Below the pieces are notes generated by a model. It was not told where the DNA came from, ran no database searches, and saw only the letters and a program-made list of their open reading frames with translations. The translations under genes were made by a program, and so were the position numbers. A DNA stretch of 64,000 nt, taken from the IMG/VR virus record IMGVR_UViG_2873412701_000001; one strand, given 5' to 3'. Below, in pieces: positions 47,761 through 57,985 of the stretch (position 1 is the stretch's first letter; each line of letters begins with the position of its first letter). The stretch is from an uncultured virus (IMG/VR IMGVR_UViG_2873412701_000001). Lineage: Duplodnaviria; Heunggongvirae; Uroviricota; Caudoviricetes.

Positions 47761-48675
47761 ATGGCGCGCAACACCCTTGAGGCATGGATCCCCGAAGAGT
47801 GGGAGACATCCAAGGTCATTCAGGGCATCAACCAGATGTCCGCCGTCGAGGCACTCGCCGCCCGCATCACCATGGGCTCCGACACCAAGCACGTCCCGCG
47901 CACCGCTGGCATGGGTGTCGACGTCGTCGCGAAGGGCGGCGCCTACGGTGAGGACGTCAGTCTCAACGACGAAGTCCTGCTGACGGCCCGCAAGTTCGGC
48001 AAGGCCGCGAGGATCGCGGAAGAGGACATCGACGACTCGGTCGCCGACGTCATCGAGGCGAAGATGATCGGCTGGGGCCGGTCCTACGCCAAGATGATCG
48101 ACAACGCGTCTCTCGCTGTGTCCGCCGCCGAGAACGGCACCACCATCCCGTTCACGTCGCTGTACCAGCTGCTGAACACCACCGACGCCACCCTCAGCTA
48201 CACCGGCGGCGACAACATCACCACCGCCGCCAGCTCCGGCGCCCCCACCTACGGCGAGTTCTCCACCGCCATCGGCGACGTCGAGGGCGGCGACTACTTC
48301 GACCCCGGCAACATGGTCGCCATCGCCCACCCGGCGTTCCGCAAGAGCCTGCGAGGCGTCCTCGACGACCAGAGCCGCCCGATCTTCATGGAAGGCCTGT
48401 CCGGCACCCCCGACACCATCTTCAGTGTCCCGGTCCGCTGGTCCCTCGGCGCACGCCTGTCCGCGACCGCCACCTCGGCGCCCACCGGACGGCCGATCAT
48501 GGCGTTCGTCAACCCCGAGCTGCTGCTCCTCGGCGTCCGCTCCGGCCCCGAGAGTGTGTTCATCGACGGCCGCGACGGCCTGTCCGCCCTGACCGACGAG
48601 TCGATCCTCAAGATGCGCGCCCGCCGCGGCTTCGCCTACGGCCACCCCAACGGCGCCTCCATCCTCGTCGGCTGA
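47761..48675 (+). CDS. Major capsid protein (HK97 fold)
   Basis: IPEE....VI, L.ARK, R...R.GF; AGGAGG RBS. Confidence 0.88.
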   Translation: MARNTLEAWIPEEWETSKVIQGINQMSAVEALAARITMGSDTKHVPRTAGMGVDVVAKGGAYGEDVSLNDEVLLTARKFGKAARIAEEDIDDSVADVIEAKMIGWGRSYAKMIDNASLAVSAAENGTTIPFTSLYQLLNTTDATLSYTGGDNITTAASSGAPTYGEFSTAIGDVEGGDYFDPGNMVAIAHPAFRKSLRGVLDDQSRPIFMEGLSGTPDTIFSVPVRWSLGARLSATATSAPTGRPIMAFVNPELLLLGVRSGPESVFIDGRDGLSALTDESILKMRARRGFAYGHPNGASILVG

Positions 48676-48743
48676 CCGCCCCGATTGTGGTGTGCCGCCC
48701 GACGGCTCCGGGCGGCACACCACCGAACACAGGGAGGTGAGCC

Positions 48744-49187
48744 ATGGCAGCGAGGAAGACCACCAGCAGCAAGACCACGGCCGACAAGCCAGCCGAGAGC
48801 GAGGAGCAGCTCCAGCAGAAGCAGTTCCCCGCGAAGGCCGGCGCGCCGGAAGTCGAGGTCGACAAGCGGTCCCCGGACGGCGCCGAGGGCACGCGCCACG
48901 TCAAGGAGTTCGTCGTCCTCGGCGACACCTGGACGGGCGAGGAGTACCAGCACGAGGCGAACAGGGCGGCGGTCGCCAACGAGGCGATCCAGCGCGGCCT
49001 CCACCCGCGCGGCGAGGCCACCTTCGACGGCGCCGAGGATCACCCCGACGGCGCGTCCGTGACCCTCACCTACTCGGTGGAGACCGTGCCGTCCTCCATC
49101 GACCACTCCCCGGAGGACACGACCACCCCGCGCGACGTCATCGAAGACGCCGGCGGCGACACCAGCAGCAGCAAGGCCGAGGCCTGA
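48744..49187 (+). CDS. Hypothetical virion-region protein
   Basis: GGAGG RBS. Confidence 0.7.
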   Translation: MAARKTTSSKTTADKPAESEEQLQQKQFPAKAGAPEVEVDKRSPDGAEGTRHVKEFVVLGDTWTGEEYQHEANRAAVANEAIQRGLHPRGEATFDGAEDHPDGASVTLTYSVETVPSSIDHSPEDTTTPRDVIEDAGGDTSSSKAEA

Positions 49188-49188
49188 C

Positions 49189-49635
49189 ATGGTCGACGCC
49201 TGGGCTACCGCGCAGCAGGTCCTGAACACCACAGGGGTGTCGGTGACCGATGCGCAGCTTGCCCAGGCGCAGGACGACATCGAGATCTTCACCAGCCGGG
49301 TCTACGCCGACACGGCGCGGATCCGGACGCGGGATCTCTACTGGCTGGGCCGGGCCGTCGCCCGGCAGGCAGCGTGGGCGGCGGGCCAGTTCGGTCTGGA
49401 GACGCGGCTGGATGCCACGCAGATCCAGCAGGACCAGGTGTCGACCACGCTCACGGGCGACGGCCTGGTCCTCGCACCCATGGCAGCCCGCGCTTTGCGG
49501 AAGGTGTCGTGGATGCGGTCGCGGACCGTGCACATCCGCTCGGCGGTCGAGGGTGCGGGCCCGGTCGGGAACGTCCTCTCGGACGCGGCTGACGACCAGC
49601 TGGACTGGGCGCCGGTCGGGAACGGGGGCCACTGA
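49189..49635 (+). CDS. Head-to-tail adaptor
   Basis: L..AV..QA...LAP.A..AL; synteny. Confidence 0.7.
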   Translation: MVDAWATAQQVLNTTGVSVTDAQLAQAQDDIEIFTSRVYADTARIRTRDLYWLGRAVARQAAWAAGQFGLETRLDATQIQQDQVSTTLTGDGLVLAPMAARALRKVSWMRSRTVHIRSAVEGAGPVGNVLSDAADDQLDWAPVGNGGH

Positions 49636-49964
49636 TGCAGGCCATCGCCACCACCCTCCTGACCGTGCTGCGCGGCACGACCACCGACGTGTACGGCGAC
49701 GAGCAGGACACCGACGCCCCCGTCCTCACCGGCATCCCTGCCTCGCTGACCGAGCAGTCCCGGCGGGTCACCACCCGCGACAACCCGACCCCCCGCATCG
49801 TCCGCTACGCCGTCGCCCGTGTGGCTGCTGGCACGGATATCCGGGATCAGGACCGGGTGCGTGATGAGCGCACCGGGGCCGTGTACATCGTCGACGCCCC
49901 GTCGTCGATGGCGAACCCCGCGATGACCGCTGATCTGCGGCTGGATCTGCGGCGCACGACCTGA
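49635..49964 (+). CDS. Head-to-tail stopper
   Basis: D.YG...DI...DRV; synteny. Confidence 0.7.
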   Translation: MQAIATTLLTVLRGTTTDVYGDEQDTDAPVLTGIPASLTEQSRRVTTRDNPTPRIVRYAVARVAAGTDIRDQDRVRDERTGAVYIVDAPSSMANPAMTADLRLDLRRTT

Positions 49965-50042
49965 CAACAGCATCGGCCACCAGCGCCCGGGGAGACCGGG
50001 CCCGGCCAGCACGACACCACCTTCGGAGAGGAGGCGGCGACT

Positions 50043-50414
50043 ATGGCGCGATCCGGCGTACGGATCGACCCGTCGGCGCGTACGCATGTCGACGCGGCGA
50101 TCAACGACTGGATGGGAGACGTCATCGGCGTCGCCATCCTCGGAGACGCCCGCGACTACGTCCACAAGCGCACCGGCCGCCTGCACGACTCCCTCCGCTC
50201 CGAGTGCCACGACAAGGTGCTGCGCGTCGGCTCCCTCGACTGCAACTACTCGACGGACGTCGAACTCGGCACCGCCCCGCACGTGATCGTGCCCCGCAAC
50301 AAGAAGGCCTTGTACTGGCCTGGCGCTGACCACCCCGTGGCCCGCGTGAACCACCCCGGCACTCCGCCCATGCCGTACTTGCGTCCCGCTCTGTTCCAGC
50401 GGAGGACGCCGTGA
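50043..50414 (+). CDS. HK97 gp10-like neck protein
   Basis: RTG.L..S, VE.GT, HPGT...PYLRPA. Confidence 0.85.
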   Translation: MARSGVRIDPSARTHVDAAINDWMGDVIGVAILGDARDYVHKRTGRLHDSLRSECHDKVLRVGSLDCNYSTDVELGTAPHVIVPRNKKALYWPGADHPVARVNHPGTPPMPYLRPALFQRRTP

Positions 50415-50860
50415 GCCTCCAACTGCGGGCCACCCCAGAACTCGTCGCCACCGCCTGGCTCAAGACCGTCGTCGGCGACCGCGTCGCCACGACCCTGCCC
50501 AAGGACAACACCTCGTGGGCGGCGTCCGGGTTCTGCACCCTCGTCACGGCCGGCGGCACCCCGAACCTGTACGTGCCGCTGCGGGATCCGGCGATGGGCG
50601 TGGACTGCTGGGCCTTCAACCCAGACAGCCAGAAGCCGCCGTGGAACAAGGCCGCCGTGCTCGCAGAGGCGATCCAGGCCGCCTGTTACGACCACACGGC
50701 GATCCCGCAGACCGTCACCCTGCCCGCCGGGTATCCGGCCGCGCGGGTTCTGTCCGCGTACACGGTCGGCGAGTCCCGACGGATCCATGACGACGCCTCG
50801 TCGTACGCCCGCTACTCGATCCCCGGGCTCGTCATCGCCTGGACGGAGGTCCCCTCGTGA
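50411..50860 (+). CDS. Tail terminator
   Basis: Size and synteny. Confidence 0.65.
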   Translation: MSLQLRATPELVATAWLKTVVGDRVATTLPKDNTSWAASGFCTLVTAGGTPNLYVPLRDPAMGVDCWAFNPDSQKPPWNKAAVLAEAIQAACYDHTAIPQTVTLPAGYPAARVLSAYTVGESRRIHDDASSYARYSIPGLVIAWTEVPS

Positions 50861-51084
50861 GCTGCTACGCCGTCCAGGAACGCAAGCCGCATGGCCAGCT
50901 CCTCAGTTGGAACGGGCGCGTCATCGTCCACAACAGTCGAGACGAGTTGGAGTTCCTTCTCACCGGCGACATCCGCATCGTCGACTGCCCGCGCTCCATT
51001 CCGCCCGAGCAGACCATCGAACTGCGCTTCCACCCGCAGTTCAGCCACCACCGCTTTCCACTCTGTCGGGAGGACTACCCCTGA
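50857..51084 (+). CDS. Hypothetical protein
   Basis: Coupled at both ends. Confidence 0.6.
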   Translation: MSCYAVQERKPHGQLLSWNGRVIVHNSRDELEFLLTGDIRIVDCPRSIPPEQTIELRFHPQFSHHRFPLCREDYP

Positions 51085-51272
51085 TGCCCACCGTCCGGAC
51101 CACCATGCAGCCCGACCGGGAGATCGAGGTCACCGACGCCGACTACCTCGACCTCAAGCGGCAGGGCCTCCTCATCGACGACACCCCGGAGACTCCCGCA
51201 CCCGCCACGGCGGCCCCTGCCCCTCCCGAGAAGAAGACCATCGCCGGCACGGCCGGAAGCAAGGAGAGCTGA
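51084..51272 (+). CDS. Hypothetical protein
   Basis: GGAGG RBS. Confidence 0.6.
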   Translation: MPTVRTTMQPDREIEVTDADYLDLKRQGLLIDDTPETPAPATAAPAPPEKKTIAGTAGSKES

Positions 51273-51275
51273 CCT

Positions 51276-51830
51276 ATGTCGGTGACCACGACCAACCTGA
51301 TCCAGGGCCCCGCAACCCTCTACAAGGGGGCATTCGGTGCGACCGAGCCCGCTGACACGGCCGTCAACGCGGCCCCGCCCGCGTCCTCGTGGACGGATCT
51401 GGGCGGTACGCAGGACGGCGTGAAGCTCAGCGTCGACCAGACCTACTCGGAGCTGGAGGTCGACCAGATCACCCTCCGCGTCGGCAGCCGCCTCACGAAG
51501 CAGGACTTCACCATCGAGACCTCCCTCGCGGAGGCGACGCTGGAGAACCTGTCGATCTCCCTCAACGGCGGCACGGCAGCGTCCGGGTCGGGCTACAAGA
51601 GCTTCGATCCGAACGTTACGTCGAGTGCGACGCAGCCGAACTACTTCGCCGTGATCATGGACGGTTACGGCCCCGGCGGCACGCGTCGCATCATCGGCCG
51701 CCGGATGCTCAACACCGACTCGACGGAACTGGCGTACACGAAGGACAAGCAGACGCTGATCCCCGTCAAGTTCACGGGGCACTACGTCAGCTCGGTGATC
51801 ACCCCCTTCCACATCGTCGACCAGAACTGA
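51276..51830 (+). CDS. Major tail (tube) protein
   Basis: W.DLG.T.DGV, L.E.TLENL. Confidence 0.85.
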   Translation: MSVTTTNLIQGPATLYKGAFGATEPADTAVNAAPPASSWTDLGGTQDGVKLSVDQTYSELEVDQITLRVGSRLTKQDFTIETSLAEATLENLSISLNGGTAASGSGYKSFDPNVTSSATQPNYFAVIMDGYGPGGTRRIIGRRMLNTDSTELAYTKDKQTLIPVKFTGHYVSSVITPFHIVDQN

Positions 51831-51868
51831 CCAGCCCCTAGCCCCTGCCCGTACGAGGAGAACCACCC

Positions 51869-52270
51869 ATGGCATCCACCACCGCACGCACCCGCCAGTC
51901 TGCCGCCGCCAAGCGGAACGCGGCCAAAACTCTCAACCCCGACGTCGACTTCGAGCCCGTCCGGATCGCTGCCGACGACGAGGTCGTTGAGGAGCGGGTC
52001 CCGCTCTTCTATATCGGCGACGACGAGTACACGATCCCCAAGCGCATCCCGAAGGGTGTCGCCCTCCAGTACCTGCGGCAGGCAGGCGAGCGCGGCCATG
52101 AACTTGCCACCGCGCCCCTGCTGATCCGGGTGCTCGGCGAGGACGCCTACGAGGCGCTGGAGAAGTCCAAGGCCCTGACCGACGAGCAACTCGAATCGAT
52201 CGTGGACATCATCGTCGGTCAGGCCCTCGGCAGGCAGGAGGGCGGGAAGGGAAAAGCCCAGAGTGGCTGA
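51869..52270 (+). CDS. Tail assembly chaperone G
   Basis: Lies between the tube and tape-measure genes; ends with slippery G-GGA-AAA. Confidence 0.85.
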   Translation: MASTTARTRQSAAAKRNAAKTLNPDVDFEPVRIAADDEVVEERVPLFYIGDDEYTIPKRIPKGVALQYLRQAGERGHELATAPLLIRVLGEDAYEALEKSKALTDEQLESIVDIIVGQALGRQEGGKGKAQSG

Positions 52271-52650
52271 CCCCGCTCCACGGGGCGATCACCGCCCTGC
52301 CGTGGCTGGAGGCGATCGCAGAGCGGACCGGACAGATCATCTGGGTCCTCGACCACCAGGACGACATCGACGCCGACTTCCTTGCGATCTACCACATCGA
52401 CCTCGAACGCGACGAGATTGACGCCCGCCGCTACTTCGCCCTGGCGCACCGGCTGACCGCCTACTCGGGCGTGATGGCGGCCCGCGCTGAAGCCGAACGC
52501 GAAGAGCAGCAGCCGACAAGCTCGACCCCAACCCGCACCAGCAGTACCCCCGCGCCCGAGGGCGCGGACAGCGACGCCCGAGAGGTCTCGCTGACGACGT
52601 TCCGGATGCAGTTCCCCGGACTGGTGAGCATGGGAGGCGGGGCAGGGTGA
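52249..52650 (+). CDS. Tail assembly chaperone T portion (-1 frameshift)
   Basis: GGGAAAA at 52249-52255; -1 frame open to TGA 52650 (I.ADF...Y.IDL). Confidence 0.8.
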   Translation, partial: GKSPEWLTPLHGAITALPWLEAIAERTGQIIWVLDHQDDIDADFLAIYHIDLERDEIDARRYFALAHRLTAYSGVMAARAEAEREEQQPTSSTPTRTSSTPAPEGADSDAREVSLTTFRMQFPGLVSMGGGAG

Positions 52651-53186
52651 CCACCAAGCAGTGCACCCGGTGCAGCGAGGTCAAGCGCCTCTCCGACTTT
52701 TACTCAAAGGTCAACCGGCGCCCGCACCGCAAGGCCGACCGGACCTATGCCTCGGAGTGCAAGACGTGCACGTTGACCTACGCCGCTGAGTGGCGGGCCC
52801 GTAACGCTGACCATGCCGACGTGAGGCCGCTCCCCGCCTCTGCGTTCTGTGGGCGGTGCAAGACCGAGAAACCCACTGGGGACTTCGCCCTCAACCGCAC
52901 CAAGGCGCGCGGGATTCAGCACATGTGCCTGGACTGCATGAGGGATCGGAAGTACGGGCTGGCCCTCGGCGAGTACGACCGCATGCTCGAACAGCAGGGC
53001 GGCGGCTGCGCTATCTGCAAGCAGCCCTGCGCCCGCGAGCGGCGCCTCAGCGTCGACCATTGCCACAGCACCGGGCGAGTGCGCGGGCTGCTCTGCCAGA
53101 ACTGCAACGCCGCCATCGGCATGCTCAAAGAGGACGTCGCCTTGTTCTTTAGGGCGGTCAACTACCTCTCCGGAGGCGGTTCCTGA
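52647..53186 (+). CDS. Endonuclease VII-like (homing) endonuclease
   Basis: YGL...Y......Q.G.CAIC...VDHCH.TG.VRGLLC..CN..IG. Confidence 0.9.
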   Translation: MTTKQCTRCSEVKRLSDFYSKVNRRPHRKADRTYASECKTCTLTYAAEWRARNADHADVRPLPASAFCGRCKTEKPTGDFALNRTKARGIQHMCLDCMRDRKYGLALGEYDRMLEQQGGGCAICKQPCARERRLSVDHCHSTGRVRGLLCQNCNAAIGMLKEDVALFFRAVNYLSGGGS

Positions 53187-56100
53187 TGGCCGGGAGCTTT
53201 AGGATCGCCGAAGGTTACGTGGAAGTAACCGCCGACGAGTCTGGCTACGACCAGGCGATGGACCGCCTCAAGGCGAAGAAGCACACCGTCAAGGTGGGCG
53301 TTGACATTGACGATGCGGACGCCGTCGCCAAGCTCGACAAGTTGGCCAAGGACCGCAAGGTCAAGTTCTTGGCCAACGCCGACACTCGCGTTGCCGCCGA
53401 TGAGCTGAAGAACCTTACCCAGAAGCGGACTACACGGATCGGTGCGGACGCTGACACTCGCGTTGCAGCTGAAGAAATCGATCTCCTCACCCGCTCGCGC
53501 ACCGTCCGCGTCGACGTGGACTTCGATGGGACCGCGCTCGCTGGACTGACCGCACTCCCGGACACGATCGAGATCCTGACGGAGTTGAATCAGGCGGCTT
53601 ATGACCGTGTCGTCGCCAAGCTCGACAAGCTGACCGCCGACCGGACCGTCATCATCCGCGCGTCCGCCGACACCCGCGTCGCCGCCGACGAGATCCGCAA
53701 CCTCACCGCCCGCCGCCAGGTACGCATCGGCATCGACGTCGACACAAGGGTCGCCGCCGACAGCATCGCCAACCTCACCCGACGCCGCACCATGACCGTG
53801 CAGGCCCGCGCCGACACCGCCGCCGCGCACACCGCTCTGAACTTCCTCACCCGCGACCGGAACGTCAACGTCCGCGCCCGCATGATCGGCAGCCTCGCCG
53901 GACTCGCAGGACTTGGCAGCAACGCCTCCAGTGGCGCCGGAGGAGTCGGCCTCCTCTCCTCCCGGCTCGTCATGCTCGCCTCCGCCGCCATCGGCGCACT
54001 GCCCACCGTGGCCTCCCTCGGCCAGTCCATCGCCGCCATGGGTCCCGCCGCCGCGGTCGCTGCGCCGGCGATCCTGTCGCTCGCGACCGCGTTCGCCGCG
54101 GTCAAGGTCGGCACAGCCGGTATCGGTGACGCGTTCAAGGCCGCGTTCGCGCCGGCCACCGCGAGCGCGGGCGCCGCCACGTCGTCGATCCGGCAGGTGG
54201 AGAACGCGCAACGCTCCCTCGCCAAGGCGCAGCAGGGTGTGAAGGACGCCGAAGTCCGGGCGGCCGAAGCCAGGGTGCAGGCGGCCCGGCAGATCAAGGA
54301 CGCCCAGCTCAACCTGAAGTCCACGATCCAGGACGTCGCCGACGCCAACCGGCGCGCGGCCCGTCAGATCGCCGACGCCGAACGCGACCTCGCCGACGCG
54401 CAGAAAGACGCACGGCAGGCGCAGGAGGACCTCACCCAGGCCCGCAAGGACGCCGCCGAGGAACTCGAAGACCTCAACAACAATTTGGCCGGCGCCAAGC
54501 TCGACGAGCGCCAGGCCGTCCTCGACCTCCAGGACGCCGAGCAGGAGCTGGCGGCGGTCAAGGCGAAGGGGACGAAGGCGTCGCAGGAGGACATCGACAA
54601 GGCGCAGCTCGCCTACGACCGCGCGTTGCAGAACCTGGACGAGCAGCGGACCGAGACGAAGCGTCTCGAAGAGGAAACCGCGGCCGCGAACAAGGCCGGG
54701 GTGGAGGGCTCGGAGAAGGTTCAGCGCGCCAAGGAAGGCGTAGCGGACGCCGACCGGGCGGTCCTGGACCGGACCCGTGCCGTACGTGATGCGGTTGTGG
54801 AGGCGGCCCGCACGCAGCAGGACGGGGTGCAGCGTGTCGCCCGCGCTGAACGCGAGGTCGCCGACGCTCGTGAGGCTGCGCGTAAGGCGGCGGTGGACGG
54901 GGCCCGCGACATCAGGGACGCGCAGATGGCTGTCGCCGACGCAGCCCGCGCGGTTGCTGACGCGCAGACGTCTGGCGCCACCGCGGTCAACAAGCTCGCC
55001 GACGCGATGGCGAGGCTCAGCCCGAACGCCCGTGAGTTCGTCAACGCCGTCATCTCCCAGGGCGCCGCCTGGCGCGGCCTCAAGCTCGACGTACAGGACG
55101 CCCTGTTCCGCGGCCTCGGGACCACGTTCACCAACCTCACCACCGCTGTCGTGCCGCCGCTGACGGCCGGCCTCGTGGGGATGGCGGACAACCTGAACGC
55201 GATGGGGAAGAACGCGGCCAGCGCGGTCATCGAGTTGTCGAAGACTGGCAGGCTGCGGCAGATGTTCGACGGCCTGAACGCAGGGTTCGCGAACCTCAAC
55301 CGGGTGCCCGCCCAGTTCTTGAAGGGCCTGACCGAGCTGTCCATCGCAGCGTCACCCGCCTTCGGGCGGCTGACGAAGGCGGCGGGGGACGCCGGGGACC
55401 GGATCTCGAAGAAGATCTCCGATGGGCTTGCGTCGGGCAAGTTGGAAGAGTCCATCAACCGCGGCATCGACGTCGCGAAGCAGTTCGGGCAGCTGCTCGG
55501 GGACATCTTCGGGACGCTCGGGAACATCATGAAGGCCGCCGGGGAGGGCGGCGGGGATGCGCTGGGCACGTTGGGCGAGGTGTTTGCGGAGCTGCGGCGG
55601 ATCACGGCGATGCCGGAGGTGCAGCAGGCGCTCGCGACGATCTTTCGGGCGGTCAACGAGATCGCGAAGCTGTTCGCGGGCACGCTGGGCGCGGTACTTC
55701 AGGCAGCCCTGCCGCTGCTGGAGGCGCTCGCGCCGGTCGTCACTGAGCTGGCGCAGAAGCTGGGCCCGGTCCTGGCCTCCCTCGCGGAGGCGCTGGGCGA
55801 AGCGCTCATGCCGATCATGGATGCGCTGCTGCCGGTGGTCGAGGAACTTGGTGACGTCCTCATCGACGTCGTGCAGGCGATCATGCCGCTGCTGAAGCCG
55901 ATCGGTGAACTTCTTGCGGTGGTCGTGTCCGCGCTGGCGCCGGTGCTGCCGGTTGTCGGGGACATCGTGACGCTGCTCGTCGGCGCGCTCGTCACCGGGC
56001 TGAAGCCGGTCATCGCCGCGCTCATCCCGGCCGTGGGGACGTTCGGGAGTCTCATCGGCCAGTTGGCGCCGATGCTCGTGCCGCTGTATGCGGCGTTCGC

Positions 56101-57985
56101 GCCGCTGATCCCGGTACTGGGGCAGATGGCGGCCGCGCTGATCAACCTGGCGATGTCGGTGATCGAGCCGATGCTTCCGCTGATCGTGGGCCTGGCGGGC
56201 ATGATGTCCGGCGTCTTGGCGGGCGCGTTCAACATCTTGGTGCCTGCGATCACGACGGTCGTGGGCTGGCTGACGACGTTCGCGAACAAGGTCAGCGAGG
56301 TCGTCGGCTGGATTGTCGACAAGTTCGAGTGGCTGTATGACACCCTCGTCGGGCACTCCATCATCCCGGACTTGGTGCGGGACATCACGCGGTGGTTCAC
56401 GTCGCTGTGGACGAACACAAAAAAGATCTTCACCGCATTGAAGGACTGGGTCGTCAAGACCTGGCGGGACCTGTGGGCTTCGGTACGAGACCGGTGGAAC
56501 TCCTTCTGGTCCGGGCTACGGGGTGCGGTCTCCGGGGCGTGGAAGTCGCTCCGGGACAGTGTGAGCAACCTGCGGACGTCGATCTCCAGCACGTGGAGCA
56601 ACCTGTGGAACGGCGCCCGCGACAAGGTGACGTCGATCTTCTCGACGATCCGCAGCAAGGTCGACTCGTTCAAGTCGGGGATGCGGACCGCGTTCACGTC
56701 CCTCCGGGACAGCTTGGGCCGGATCTGGGACGGCATCAAGAGCAAGTTCGCCTCGCCGGTGCGGTACGTCGTCGGCACCGTCTACAACAACGGCATCCGC
56801 CGCATGTGGAACGCCATCGCCGGAAAGATCAACTCCGGGATCACCCTCCCCGCGATCAAGCTCGGCTTCAACAAGGGCGGCGTCGTCCCCGGCCAGGGCA
56901 ACCGCGACACCGTCCCCGCCATGCTCACCCCCGGCGAACGGGTCCTCTCCACCAGCCAAGTCACCGCCCTCGGTGGCCACCGCGGCATCGACGCCATGCT
57001 CGGCCAGGACCGCCCGACGAAGACCGGCGGGAACCCCACCCGGCAGCAGGAACGCCGCCGACAGCAGCAGCCCGTGCAGCACTTCGACGTGGGCGGCATC
57101 GTCGGCAACGTCACCGGCGGCATCAGCAACGTCGTCGGCGACGTCACCTCCTGGGCGAAAGACCTCGTCGTCGGCGGCCTCAAGGACGCCGCGAAGAAGG
57201 CCCTCTCCTCGCTGGTACGCCCGCTCATCGGGAAGATCCCCAACACCGGCATCGGGAACCTGATGCGCGGCCTGTCGAACAAGGCGGTCGACGGGATGAT
57301 GGGCTGGTTCGGCAAGGAGGACAAGAAGGCCGTCGGCGGGCCCGGCGTTCAGAAAGCCCTGTCGTGGGCGAAAACGCAGCACGGCAAGAAGTACCAGTGG
57401 GGCGGCAACGGCAACCCCAGCTGGGACTGCTCCGGCCTGACCTCCGCGATCGAGTCCGTGATCCGCGGGGAACGCCCGCACCGCCGGTGGGCCACCGGCA
57501 GCTTCGTCGGGAACAACGGGCCGTCCGGATGGGTCCGGAACCTGAACAGCCCGTACATGATCGGCATCACGAACAGCGGCGTCGGCCACACGGCGGGCAC
57601 GATCGCCGGCGTCAACGTCGAGAGCCGCGGCGGCGACGGCGTGGTCATCGGGAAGCGGGCCCGCTCCTACAGGGACAGCATGTTCACGTCCCGGTGGGGC
57701 TTCGCGCCCGCCGCCAAGTTCGACTCCGGCGGCCTGCTCCAGCCCGGCGCGACGATGGCCATCAACGCCACCCGCCGACCGGAGCGGATCCTCGACCCGC
57801 AGCAGACTGCCCTGTTCGAGCAGCTCGTCGCGGGCGGGGGCGCTGCTGGTGGCGTGACGATCGAGAACATCACGGTGGCTGGCACGTTCGACTTCTCCAC
57901 ACCTGCCTCCCGTCGAGCGGCTGCTAACGCCCTCGTCGACGAGATGAAGGAAGCCATCCGCAAGTCCGACAGGAGCCGCGCCTGA
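53186..57985 (+). CDS. Tape measure protein with NlpC/P60-like C-terminal domain
   Basis: 1599 aa, coiled coil, Trp-periodic repeats, D.VPAML.PGE, YQWGG....WDCSGL. Confidence 0.92.
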   Translation: MAGSFRIAEGYVEVTADESGYDQAMDRLKAKKHTVKVGVDIDDADAVAKLDKLAKDRKVKFLANADTRVAADELKNLTQKRTTRIGADADTRVAAEEIDLLTRSRTVRVDVDFDGTALAGLTALPDTIEILTELNQAAYDRVVAKLDKLTADRTVIIRASADTRVAADEIRNLTARRQVRIGIDVDTRVAADSIANLTRRRTMTVQARADTAAAHTALNFLTRDRNVNVRARMIGSLAGLAGLGSNASSGAGGVGLLSSRLVMLASAAIGALPTVASLGQSIAAMGPAAAVAAPAILSLATAFAAVKVGTAGIGDAFKAAFAPATASAGAATSSIRQVENAQRSLAKAQQGVKDAEVRAAEARVQAARQIKDAQLNLKSTIQDVADANRRAARQIADAERDLADAQKDARQAQEDLTQARKDAAEELEDLNNNLAGAKLDERQAVLDLQDAEQELAAVKAKGTKASQEDIDKAQLAYDRALQNLDEQRTETKRLEEETAAANKAGVEGSEKVQRAKEGVADADRAVLDRTRAVRDAVVEAARTQQDGVQRVARAEREVADAREAARKAAVDGARDIRDAQMAVADAARAVADAQTSGATAVNKLADAMARLSPNAREFVNAVISQGAAWRGLKLDVQDALFRGLGTTFTNLTTAVVPPLTAGLVGMADNLNAMGKNAASAVIELSKTGRLRQMFDGLNAGFANLNRVPAQFLKGLTELSIAASPAFGRLTKAAGDAGDRISKKISDGLASGKLEESINRGIDVAKQFGQLLGDIFGTLGNIMKAAGEGGGDALGTLGEVFAELRRITAMPEVQQALATIFRAVNEIAKLFAGTLGAVLQAALPLLEALAPVVTELAQKLGPVLASLAEALGEALMPIMDALLPVVEELGDVLIDVVQAIMPLLKPIGELLAVVVSALAPVLPVVGDIVTLLVGALVTGLKPVIAALIPAVGTFGSLIGQLAPMLVPLYAAFAPLIPVLGQMAAALINLAMSVIEPMLPLIVGLAGMMSGVLAGAFNILVPAITTVVGWLTTFANKVSEVVGWIVDKFEWLYDTLVGHSIIPDLVRDITRWFTSLWTNTKKIFTALKDWVVKTWRDLWASVRDRWNSFWSGLRGAVSGAWKSLRDSVSNLRTSISSTWSNLWNGARDKVTSIFSTIRSKVDSFKSGMRTAFTSLRDSLGRIWDGIKSKFASPVRYVVGTVYNNGIRRMWNAIAGKINSGITLPAIKLGFNKGGVVPGQGNRDTVPAMLTPGERVLSTSQVTALGGHRGIDAMLGQDRPTKTGGNPTRQQERRRQQQPVQHFDVGGIVGNVTGGISNVVGDVTSWAKDLVVGGLKDAAKKALSSLVRPLIGKIPNTGIGNLMRGLSNKAVDGMMGWFGKEDKKAVGGPGVQKALSWAKTQHGKKYQWGGNGNPSWDCSGLTSAIESVIRGERPHRRWATGSFVGNNGPSGWVRNLNSPYMIGITNSGVGHTAGTIAGVNVESRGGDGVVIGKRARSYRDSMFTSRWGFAPAAKFDSGGLLQPGATMAINATRRPERILDPQQTALFEQLVAGGGAAGGVTIENITVAGTFDFSTPASRRAAANALVDEMKEAIRKSDRSRA

